A stretch of DNA of 31,197 nucleotides from Oligoflexia bacterium. Its GTDB lineage: Bacteria; Bdellovibrionota; UBA1018; CAIMNF01. The notes under the pieces were generated by a model, which did no database searches, was not told the origin of the DNA, and saw only the letters and a program-made list of their open reading frames with translations. The translations under genes and the position numbers were made by a program. Positions 1-8,293 of the stretch are shown one piece after another (position 1 is the stretch's first letter; every line of letters begins with the position of its first letter). The stretch covers positions 1 through 31,197 of the forward strand of contig CAIMNF010000509.1 in NCBI GenBank assembly GCA_903842755.1. Direction: 5' to 3'.

Positions 1-1191
1 AAAGTTTTCTTTTTCGACAAAAAAACCTGAATTAGGTGAAAGCAAAAACGTTCGGTCCATTCTCACTGAATTGATATACGCTTGGAGCGGATCAAAAGTT
101 TGCTCTTCTTGTCGTATAGAGTTATTTCCTAGATTTGCTAAGAAGAAGGGAATCACCGTATCGATCGCCGTTTGTTGTTGAGCAACAGAGCCTATTTGAC
201 CATTCCATAAAGGGGACATTCCAATACAGCCTGGGGAATCGCTTGTTTGCCACTGGGTGTTGTAGAAATCATGGTTTGCTCCCCATACCGCAATCATCGA
301 TTTAGGTAAGGCGGGCGATTCTTTCGTTTGACTTAGCATTCGGTCGAATGGCTTCATTCCCTCCAGGTCGGAGACGTCACCATCACACATCGGCAGCAAA
401 ACATTCCAAGCGCTTCCCGTTGCGTTTAATGTCAAGTTGGTTTGTCCGTCCACTGGCCCGATTTCGAAAATTGCTTTAAACTGAATCGGGTCTACTATCT
501 GTTTCTGCCATGGCAATTCAGGTTCCGGTTGAGTTTGGTCTTCGTAGATTGTTTTTGCGGCACGTACCCCTTCGCCTCCCCGCGAATGGCCCAATAATCC
601 GATGTTTTGAAAATCGATTTTATTTTGAAAAAGCAGATTGTCTACCGGATTTTGGTTTTCATCTATTAATGGAATTCCGCCAAAATGATTAAGTTGGCTC
701 AGCACCTGCAGGTGCCGGAGGACCAGTCTCCCGCGTGCCAAGTTTAGTCCCCAATCGCCGTGCGCGGAATCAGCGTTACCGCAAGTGATTCCGCGATTTG
801 CGTTCACTGAAGCAACAATGTAGCCCCTTTTTGCAAGTTCAATGGCTAAATATTCATATCCTAAATAGCTTGGAATGGGACTACTTCCCGCAGGGCATAC
901 TCCGGTAAACGTATATTCGCAGCCGGTCGTGGTTGTCGGCGTTCCTGGGTCGTTGCTGATGATGCCGCAAGTATCGTGATTTCCGTGAAGCATGACAATC
1001 ATCGGCAAAGGACCTGTTCCTAGATCGGTCGGCCAATAAAGTTTACCCCAAACCTCGGTATACGTGTCGGCTAAAATTTCTTGATCTTTTGTAGGGGAAA
1101 AACGGTACTCTGCCGACGAATAATTTTTTGCGGGAATCTGCCATTGAGCCTGGCAAAGAGAGTGAATCAGGGTAAATAAATAGAGGATCAT
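1..1191 (-). CDS. Secreted alpha/beta-fold hydrolase, partial (3' end runs off the window)
   Basis: Not in the ORF track. Manual translation from the ATG at 1191 is open to position 1 (397 codons): MILYLFTLIHSLCQAQ...PMIVMLHGNH...YLAIELAKRGYIVASV...IGLLGHSRGGEG (GxSxG nucleophile elbow)...CDGDV...GANHDFYNT (candidate Asp and His). AGGTGA RBS-like sequence upstream. Confidence 0.85.
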   Translation of the reverse strand, partial: MILYLFTLIHSLCQAQWQIPAKNYSSAEYRFSPTKDQEILADTYTEVWGKLYWPTDLGTGPLPMIVMLHGNHDTCGIISNDPGTPTTTTGCEYTFTGVCPAGSSPIPSYLGYEYLAIELAKRGYIVASVNANRGITCGNADSAHGDWGLNLARGRLVLRHLQVLSQLNHFGGIPLIDENQNPVDNLLFQNKIDFQNIGLLGHSRGGEGVRAAKTIYEDQTQPEPELPWQKQIVDPIQFKAIFEIGPVDGQTNLTLNATGSAWNVLLPMCDGDVSDLEGMKPFDRMLSQTKESPALPKSMIAVWGANHDFYNTQWQTSDSPGCIGMSPLWNGQIGSVAQQQTAIDTVIPFFLANLGNNSIRQEEQTFDPLQAYINSVRMDRTFLLSPNSGFFVEKENF

Positions 1192-1204
1192 GATTTGTTC
1201 TTGA

Positions 1205-2032
1205 TCACCTTTTCATCAATAACGTCGAAGAACGTGTTTGAGTTTGTGCATTGTAAAAAACGACTTCGTAATCGGTACGCGCGTTCAGTCCGCCCGTGTC
1301 TAATTGCAAACGATTATCAAACGTTCCTTCTGGCAATGCTTGTTGACTCACTCTTCTTCCATCAAGAGTGTAAAGTATGACCACACTTGATGAACCTGAA
1401 GTATTAATGAAATCATCGGGGAGCCTAAGCTCCGCCGTATTTCCAATTACGGGGTTAGGATAAACGGTTATTTTGGAAAGGGAGTTGCAACGGGGGCCGA
1501 TGCAGATGGGGCGAGAAAATACATACGCGTTATTATTGAATGCCGAATTCAGATCGACTTCTGCGACCGAATTCCGGTATTGCGGATAAAGAAAACTGAG
1601 GTAGTTCACAAATGACCAAAGGCAGTATTGACCCGAAGGGAGTGAGGAGGGGAGTGGAACATTCTCAATATAGGGAATGAAGATTGCCCCTGCGGCAAGT
1701 CCTGAGACATAATTGTTGGCTAGTAATTTCGCGTTAGAATCTAAAGGCGAGGGATTAAGGCGTGAGCTATTGCACCCAAAGCCCACCGGATAAGGAGAAA
1801 GAAACCAACCGACAAAAAAAGGAGTGGTGGCATCTCCAGAACCAATATTTTGAAACACATTTTGAGCAGTAATCGTCTGTTCAGAACTGAGCTGGTAAGC
1901 ATTGGCGGGCTGCGTGCTATTCGGAAGATTTGCAGAAGAGGATGCAAGGTCAGGAAGTGCCGCTAAGCAAAGAGAGTTTAATAATAAAAATACTCCGAGT
2001 TGTGCAGCAAAAGCGAGGAAATGTCTTTTCAC
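1205..2032 (-). CDS. Secreted CARDB/Ig-like domain protein with a C-terminal T9SS type-A sorting-like domain
   Basis: Signal-peptide-like N-terminus. PDL...QNIGSGDA..PFFVGWFLS...SGQYCLW...VAEVD..NN matches the CARDB pattern. The last ~88 aa contain ITVYPNP...LYTLDGRRV...LLMKR. Confidence 0.65.
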   Translation of the reverse strand: MKRHFLAFAAQLGVFLLLNSLCLAALPDLASSSANLPNSTQPANAYQLSSEQTITAQNVFQNIGSGDATTPFFVGWFLSPYPVGFGCNSSRLNPSPLDSNAKLLANNYVSGLAAGAIFIPYIENVPLPSSLPSGQYCLWSFVNYLSFLYPQYRNSVAEVDLNSAFNNNAYVFSRPICIGPRCNSLSKITVYPNPVIGNTAELRLPDDFINTSGSSSVVILYTLDGRRVSQQALPEGTFDNRLQLDTGGLNARTDYEVVFYNAQTQTRSSTLLMKR

Positions 2033-2176
2033 GTGAAGAACTATAATAAATGAATCAACTTTGTCAATGCAGTTTCGAGAGGCATTTTTGTATTACACTT
2101 TATTAGTTTAATTAAAACGGTAAGTAATTTAAAGCGAACCGTGGATAGGGGTAGACAAAACTAAAATAGTCCATTA

Positions 2177-2797
2177 ATGTCTGGAGTCATGCTTTTATCA
2201 AAAATGACTCTCTTTGCCTTCAGCTTTTTATTTTTATTACCCGCGGGTTTTGCGCAAGAGAGGGCTTCAACAACTGGAAATATTCGCTGCAACGTTACTA
2301 GAAATAGTTTCTCCAAAAATGAGAGCGGGACGTATCAGGTTACCTGGGATTGGAAAGAATCGCCACTCTGTCTTATTGGAAAATTAGCGGGTGCAGTCGA
2401 CCTTTTTAGAGATAGCCCCCATCAGCCCGCGCTGATAAAAATCGGCGCGAGCATCGAGGAACCCATTTACTTTGTTCAAAGCACAGTAATGTTAACTTAT
2501 GGAAATTGTCATTTGGCTGTATGGACCGAGCGAGATGCACATTCAGCTAAAACCCTGACTTCCATGATGTTTTATTGGAAAAATCGTAAAAATAAAAAAG
2601 TCTATTCCGTAGATCATTCTACTTACTTTAGCCGCGACCAACAGGTCCTTTTTGATGCTCATTACAATCCTACTTTCCTGCAGGATCATTTAACAAAAGA
2701 AACTTTGATCCCCGCTGCTCCGGAGGACTTCGTGAAACACATCAATGGAGAATCGGAGGATGGCGGCTGCTTTTCCGGATGGCCTTACACAGACTAA
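2177..2797 (+). CDS. Hypothetical secreted protein
   Basis: 206 aa ORF with a hydrophobic signal ending AGFA-Q. No recognisable family motif. Confidence 0.6.
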   Translation: MSGVMLLSKMTLFAFSFLFLLPAGFAQERASTTGNIRCNVTRNSFSKNESGTYQVTWDWKESPLCLIGKLAGAVDLFRDSPHQPALIKIGASIEEPIYFVQSTVMLTYGNCHLAVWTERDAHSAKTLTSMMFYWKNRKNKKVYSVDHSTYFSRDQQVLFDAHYNPTFLQDHLTKETLIPAAPEDFVKHINGESEDGGCFSGWPYTD

Positions 2798-2902
2798 TCG
2801 ACTTAAATCATTGAGAAGAATTTTAGTTGCCACTATTCTTTTTCAATATTCGTTATTTAATAATCTTGACCAAATTACTCAAACCGGTTAAAGTCTGTCG
2901 CC

Positions 2903-4141
2903 ATGACAGCTCACAAAATGGTGTTCAATCGGTTTCTGAGTGTATTTTTGCCGGCTCTCGTTGCTCAGTCTAGCTTTGCCGGGTGCGAAGAAAAATTAAA
3001 TGCAAATCTTTATCCGTGGTCATTGCTTTCGCCCGACGATTTGCCAAAAGATAATCACGGTTATTTTGAAAAGCGCTTTATGGAGGCGCGAATGTTTAAT
3101 TACACGTACGCGTGGGAACAAGAGCAAATAGCGGCGCAGCGAATGCTGTATGAAGACCTTCGTGTCGCTGCAACCGATGAAGACCGTTATGCAGCGATTC
3201 TTAAGGCTGCTCCCCACTATCCGGATTTAGCAAATGAGTCTATTTTGAGCTTGGCTCAAAGCATTTCCACTCCGAGTCTCAGAGAAAAACTCATCGTTGA
3301 ACTTGGGAAGTACGTATTGCCGTTTCCGAATCGAAACCGATTAGAAACGTATCTAGAGCTTGCCAAGTATTTAAGAACACAAGACTTAAAGTTACAACTA
3401 GTTTATAATCTTGCGTTTCATACTCTTCTTGATCCATACGCGATCTACGAAGTCATTCATGAGACATTGCTGCAGTCCGATGAGCGCGATCAAGTCATTG
3501 ATCGCTACTTGCAGTTGGCTGAAAAGTTAAAGTTTGTCTCCACACGGTTGCAGATCCAACAATGGATGAAGTTATGCAACTCGCTTTCGCTCGCAAGGCG
3601 TGTCGAGCAAACATTGAAAGAAGTGAACCAGAATCAGCTACGATTCGTCGAAAACTTTAGTGAGCTCACCCGTCTCTTAGACGGCTTAGGGTGGACGCCG
3701 CTTTTGCCGAATCGTGAAATTCGTAAAGTGGAAATTCTACTAAGTCCTTCAAAGGAAACCCGCATTACCGTAAATTACCCGGCTCCAGGTGATGCGGTTG
3801 ATTCTTATAGCGAGGAAGTGCGAAAGGGGATTTATTACGCCGTTACTCACCATTTAAACTATATCGATCCCTCTGCGGTTGTGACCCGAGAGTCCGAAAT
3901 TAGAGAAATCGTCCTTGGGATTTATAATCTTAATTTTACCCACATTCTGGAGACCTATTTTGGATGGCACCGAACCGAGCTTCAAAGTAATGATCGAGTC
4001 GAGTGGCGTTCTCCGGATCTAAAGTTTAGAATTAATTTAAAGAATGGTCGCGAAGCGGTTCAATTGCCTCGCTATTCCCAGGCAGTAAAAGAGGGAATCT
4101 TAGATGCAGTGACCAGTCGTAAAAGTTACACCCAGCCGTAA
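2903..4141 (+). CDS. Hypothetical secreted protein: helical N-terminal region plus two C-terminal internal repeats
   Basis: 412 aa with a signal peptide (SSFA-G). Repeats at ~aa252-314 and ~aa345-403 share L..xGW...SP....RI...YS..V..GI..AV. Confidence 0.65.
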   Translation: MTAHKMVFNRFLSVFLPALVAQSSFAGCEEKLNANLYPWSLLSPDDLPKDNHGYFEKRFMEARMFNYTYAWEQEQIAAQRMLYEDLRVAATDEDRYAAILKAAPHYPDLANESILSLAQSISTPSLREKLIVELGKYVLPFPNRNRLETYLELAKYLRTQDLKLQLVYNLAFHTLLDPYAIYEVIHETLLQSDERDQVIDRYLQLAEKLKFVSTRLQIQQWMKLCNSLSLARRVEQTLKEVNQNQLRFVENFSELTRLLDGLGWTPLLPNREIRKVEILLSPSKETRITVNYPAPGDAVDSYSEEVRKGIYYAVTHHLNYIDPSAVVTRESEIREIVLGIYNLNFTHILETYFGWHRTELQSNDRVEWRSPDLKFRINLKNGREAVQLPRYSQAVKEGILDAVTSRKSYTQP

Positions 4142-4158
4142 AGATGGAATGACCGAAA

Positions 4159-5214
4159 ATGAAGTTTCTTGGCCCCATCTTTTTGTCCCTATTCTTTTAT
4201 CACTTTGCTTCTGCTCAAGAGGAAATGCTGAAGAATTTTTTTTTGGGTCAAGTGGAACCCAAATATGTCTTCGATTTGTCCTCGCATGGAACTTTGGCAA
4301 AAATCAAAAGTGATCGAATATCCTCATTAAATGTAAAAATTTTGAAAAAACTTTCGAAGCTTGATTTCGTTCCCACGAAAGGCTTATACCCAAAAGTTGC
4401 TTACCCTTTGGCCATTTACTCTGTGGTCACAAAACCTTTGTATCGCCCGTGGGTGCTCACCGATTCTTTTAAGAGCCTCTTGGAGGTCGTACTGAAGAAG
4501 TTGAGTCAAAGCGGTTATCCGAACGTAAAGCTGGAGGTTATTCTAGCGGCCGCAGACCAGGCCTTAGGAGAATTAAAGGCACAAGGGAAAATCGGAGGTA
4601 TCTATTACGGGTTTAGGTATGGGTTAAATCAAATCCGAAACGAGCGTTTTTATATTTTTCTTTCTTCGGATGCAGAATCGGCGATTGAGTCCGTTTTTAA
4701 GGGGAATGAACCCCTAGCTGAATTAGCGCGAACCGCAATCGATGACGCAGAAATCGAAAGAAATGCCCTCAATCCTAGCGAGCTTTTCGAATTGAAGAAA
4801 ATAAAAGTTGCGACTCAGATCTTCTCGCGAAATTCGCCGTACGCCAACCTGCCTCAGGGATGGGAAAATAACCGCTATACTCCGGAAACTGCGCCAAAAA
4901 TTAACGGTGAAGTTCCACTGATTGCTTATTGTGGCGAACAAAGTAACACCATGCTTGAATTTGCGCAGCAGTTAGAAAGTCGCCATTACTTAAAATTCTT
5001 TAATGTCATTTCGCGCATCAAAAGCGATGGTTTATTTAATAATCATACGGCAGTGATCTTACAAAACAGGCGTTCAAAAGCTCTCTTTGTTTTAGACTCC
5101 TGGAATAGCCCCGGAGGCCAGGAAGCTAAAGTTTTTTCTTTTAAAAACTGGGCACTGAAAAAGTATCAAAACGATTTAGCAGCCAATCCCTGCAATCTTG
5201 CTTTAGGGGGTTGA
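4159..5214 (+). CDS. Secreted protein with a transglutaminase/papain-like Cys-His-Asp domain
   Basis: Signal peptide (ASA-Q). YCGEQSNT (C258), NHTAVI (H296) and FVLDSW (D313) occur in triad order. Confidence 0.6.
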   Translation: MKFLGPIFLSLFFYHFASAQEEMLKNFFLGQVEPKYVFDLSSHGTLAKIKSDRISSLNVKILKKLSKLDFVPTKGLYPKVAYPLAIYSVVTKPLYRPWVLTDSFKSLLEVVLKKLSQSGYPNVKLEVILAAADQALGELKAQGKIGGIYYGFRYGLNQIRNERFYIFLSSDAESAIESVFKGNEPLAELARTAIDDAEIERNALNPSELFELKKIKVATQIFSRNSPYANLPQGWENNRYTPETAPKINGEVPLIAYCGEQSNTMLEFAQQLESRHYLKFFNVISRIKSDGLFNNHTAVILQNRRSKALFVLDSWNSPGGQEAKVFSFKNWALKKYQNDLAANPCNLALGG

Positions 5215-5235
5215 TGTCAAGGAAGACCAGGAAAA

Positions 5236-6132
5236 CTAAAGTTCATAGGCGAGTCCCAAACTGCCAAAAAAGCGACTTCCAAACTGGTTCCACCCTAACC
5301 CTAAACGAATTGAGCTTGTTTTTGAGGTATGGAGTTGTGATTCTGTTAAAAATGGTACAGACCATTGAAAAGTACCTGGATTAGAGTAGTTGGGGGATGG
5401 GACCGTGGGTAAGTTATAGTCGCTTGCCATTAAGGCAATGCCGGCGCCAAACTTAAAAGAGTCGGAGAAATAATAATAAACGGTGGTGTGAAGGCGCTGG
5501 GTGTAAGTCAATTGAGCCGAGCTTTGATCCGTAAAAAGTGAAACATCGGCCGGAGTAACGCTCGATATTCCCAGACCAAAGATCATCCCCACGGCAAGGC
5601 TCCATTGATCCCACCCCTGTTGTGCAATCGGAAAGTTTTTCTCCACCCCAAATTCGGCCTCTGTAGTTTGGAGTACAAGCGTATAGGGCGGGGCACCGGA
5701 TTGGGAAGCGTTTAAAGCAATGGTAGTACCAAAAGTGCTGAGGCCATAATAAAGCTCAAATGCTCGCTGATGTGGGACTGGAACTTTTTCGTATTCCTTT
5801 TTTCTTTGAAGAGTAGCGCCATCATCGGGCTCGTCAGTAGAGGCGGGAGATCGAACGGGTGCGATCAAAAAGCAGTTAGGCGTACTGGAATACCATTTTC
5901 CATCGATTAAATACGAATAGAAGTCTTTTCCGTTCCCGGGAATCACTGCTACTTCGGTGGTCTTATTTTTGATCAAATCTGGAGAAACTAAATGATAGCG
6001 GGTCCCATCGAAGATGGAGATTTTACAGGTCGGGTCGCCCGCATTGAAACGAAGTTCCTGCCCAAGCGTATCCAGGCTGAAGATGTTTAAAAGTACGTAG
6101 CAAATAACTGAAACCGTGCGATTGAAGTCCAC
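5236..6132 (-). CDS. Putative outer-membrane beta-barrel protein with a small N-terminal disulfide domain
   Basis: GTG start with an RBS and a signal peptide. Cys pair, then an RSPAS linker, then amphipathic strands ending FFGSLGLAYEL. Confidence 0.6.
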   Translation of the reverse strand: MDFNRTVSVICYVLLNIFSLDTLGQELRFNAGDPTCKISIFDGTRYHLVSPDLIKNKTTEVAVIPGNGKDFYSYLIDGKWYSSTPNCFLIAPVRSPASTDEPDDGATLQRKKEYEKVPVPHQRAFELYYGLSTFGTTIALNASQSGAPPYTLVLQTTEAEFGVEKNFPIAQQGWDQWSLAVGMIFGLGISSVTPADVSLFTDQSSAQLTYTQRLHTTVYYYFSDSFKFGAGIALMASDYNLPTVPSPNYSNPGTFQWSVPFLTESQLHTSKTSSIRLGLGWNQFGSRFFGSLGLAYEL

Positions 6133-6299
6133 CCTTTCTTCTCGGCGCTTTTCATCAAAATGTGAGGTTTATTAGGGTCAAAGCAATGACGTAAATTTTG
6201 TAATGGTTAAAAATCTTTAGTCTCCGGCGCGTCAAAATGAAGCTGGCCTGGGCGTTCCGCCGCTCTTTCCTGATCACACAAAAACCATGTTTCATTAAA

Positions 6300-7700
6300 T
6301 TAATGTGGCGTGGGTACGGCCCAGTAAGGTCCAGTAATGGTAGTGGAAGTGTTGACGGTGGCGGTTTCAGTTTCCAGACCCACGTAAACCGAGCGGCCAA
6401 AAAAGAACGGTAAACCCCAATCAAACATGCTGCTGGCGGTGCCAGCAAGGTTGTAAAATGCCGAATTTCCCGTCGTAAGCAAGGTGTCCGCATTCCCGAC
6501 GGAAAAGGTGTAGGCTTGCGATCCCGAAGAGCTATCATAATTTCCCATGGAAGCGCTATCGCTCCCCGTGGCACAAAAAAAGCCGGTAGCATCGCTGCAA
6601 GAGGAATAATTTCCAGGAAAGTAAAGGGCATTGGAGCCGCTATCTAAAAATGCCGCCGATGAGCTACTGTCCGTTCCCCCGTAGAGCGTACTGCTATATA
6701 CAGTCGCGATCGTAGCCGATATCGAGTCCGTACTCGACGCTTGTTGCCCGTTAGGGTCTGCTTGGAAAACACTAACGCCTGTAGGTGATCCTATTCCTAA
6801 ATCGTAATGCCCATGGACCCCGTTCGCTCCTGTCGCGGAGCTAACGGAAGGCAAGGTCAGTACAATTCCATTGTTATAGGGGGCCGAAAATTTTGAAATG
6901 GGATTGATGGTCTGGTTGGACGTAGAAACGGCTAGTAAGCAGCCGCCTCCGTCTACGCTACAATTGCCGGTATATCCGTCATAACATCCAGTGGAATCGC
7001 ATCCAAAGTAAATTCCGGGATTAGAATCGTCCGTGTGGGTACAGGCTTCTCCGCAATCTTGTTTAAAAATTCCTACACCCAGAATTCCATTATAGCCTGC
7101 GGTACAGGGATCCGTATCGGGACAAAGTGAGGCGCAGCCGGAAGGCATAGTAGAATAATTATAATCGATTACGTGAATGGGGATGTTGGTCGCAGTCTGG
7201 CCCCCTAGAATAATGTCCGCCGTCTTTATTGGACCCCAGTCTGCGCCAGAGCCGAACTCGGCACACTCAGCCAAATTAACCGTTTTGCCGTTCAATGTGG
7301 CCGTTTGCTGAGTTAGAGTTACGTTAGACGCAATGGCAGATGCAAAAACGCGTAAGCCATAACTTCCAGTGTCTAATAGAATATTGCTTACGACAGTGCA
7401 CTGAGATCCACTGGTATGATTCGGGTTGCAAATCGTTACCGATACTAACGGTTCATTTGCATAGATATAAGACCCTTCGCTCGTGGTGCTCGCAATGTAA
7501 AGGGGTATGTTAGTAGCAGAATTTCCGGTAGGAATTTGAGTAGCGGTGGCGCTACTACAACTTGTATTTGCCGCTGGGCAGCCACTGCTGGAAGGGGGCG
7601 AGGATGGTAACTGAGCAGATCCACACGCTACGAAAAGAAAAGAAAATATCGCCAGTAAAAAAGCCGCTAACGGGAACCTTTTAGCGTAATTCATTTTCAC
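6300..7700 (-). CDS. DUF3443 family lipoprotein, pepsin-like aspartic protease fold
   Basis: Lipobox FVAC. VSVTIC...C..VSNILLDTGSYGLRVF is typical of DUF3443. Also NGILGVG, a second motif FLDSGSNALYF, and FDWGLPFFFGRSVYV. Confidence 0.85.
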   Translation of the reverse strand: MKMNYAKRFPLAAFLLAIFSFLFVACGSAQLPSSPPSSSGCPAANTSCSSATATQIPTGNSATNIPLYIASTTSEGSYIYANEPLVSVTICNPNHTSGSQCTVVSNILLDTGSYGLRVFASAIASNVTLTQQTATLNGKTVNLAECAEFGSGADWGPIKTADIILGGQTATNIPIHVIDYNYSTMPSGCASLCPDTDPCTAGYNGILGVGIFKQDCGEACTHTDDSNPGIYFGCDSTGCYDGYTGNCSVDGGGCLLAVSTSNQTINPISKFSAPYNNGIVLTLPSVSSATGANGVHGHYDLGIGSPTGVSVFQADPNGQQASSTDSISATIATVYSSTLYGGTDSSSSAAFLDSGSNALYFPGNYSSCSDATGFFCATGSDSASMGNYDSSSGSQAYTFSVGNADTLLTTGNSAFYNLAGTASSMFDWGLPFFFGRSVYVGLETETATVNTSTTITGPYWAVPTPH

Positions 7701-8130
7701 CTACACCGGGTGGAAGTTGATTTACTAGCCACACTCGGCCCGAAACCGCGCCCATATGGCCCTCCATTTCCACATGGAGCCCATCGACCGTGGCATTGAT
7801 CGTTCCACCATGACGATGAGTACCGCGTGCAGCAACTAGAGCCTTTTGAAATTGAACTAAATGACTTCCTAAGTAAGTATCTAATTTTGGGTTGGATTTC
7901 CCTTTCCAGGTTAACGCAAATACTTTTTGATCTTGCCCAACAAATTCGTGTAAATTCAGCCATTTTTGCGAATGCTCATGAAGGTCATAATGTTTAAAAT
8001 GGCTGATTTTCAGCCGATGAGTCGCGCTTTGTTCTTGAGTTGAGTCCGTGGGAAGTTCGCCCAGCCTTGCAAAGCTGTACGGTGAATAGGAGCAAAAAAT
8101 AAACAGCAAGGAAACCAAATACGTTTTCAC
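7681..8130 (-). CDS. DUF2844 family secreted protein
   Basis: A.LG..P after the signal peptide, HEFV...VFALTWKG..PKL..YLG, and GHMGAVSGRVWL...LPPGV. Overlaps the DUF3443 start, the usual pairing of these two families. Confidence 0.85.
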   Translation of the reverse strand: MKTYLVSLLFIFCSYSPYSFARLGELPTDSTQEQSATHRLKISHFKHYDLHEHSQKWLNLHEFVGQDQKVFALTWKGKSNPKLDTYLGSHLVQFQKALVAARGTHRHGGTINATVDGLHVEMEGHMGAVSGRVWLVNQLPPGVGENELR

Positions 8131-8166
8131 TAAGTTAGGCTAACAAATTTATTTCGTTGAGCCACT

Positions 8167-8205
8167 AAAGAAAAAGGCCAGCGGAAAAATTTGCCGTTGG
8201 CCTTT
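8167..8205 (-). terminator. Probable intrinsic terminator of the nrdB-nrdA operon
   Basis: AAAGGCCAGCGG (8173-8184) and CCGTTGGCCTTT (8194-8205) form a stem with one imperfect pair. On the minus strand it is followed by TTTTTCTTT, about 90 bp past the nrdA stop. Confidence 0.6.
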
Positions 8206-8293
8206 CTTCAAATGGATATGCATTTTGACAAGACCTGTAAAATTAACCGGTCAGGGAACGATCACCGCACTTAACCCCATCCCGTAATGGGGA

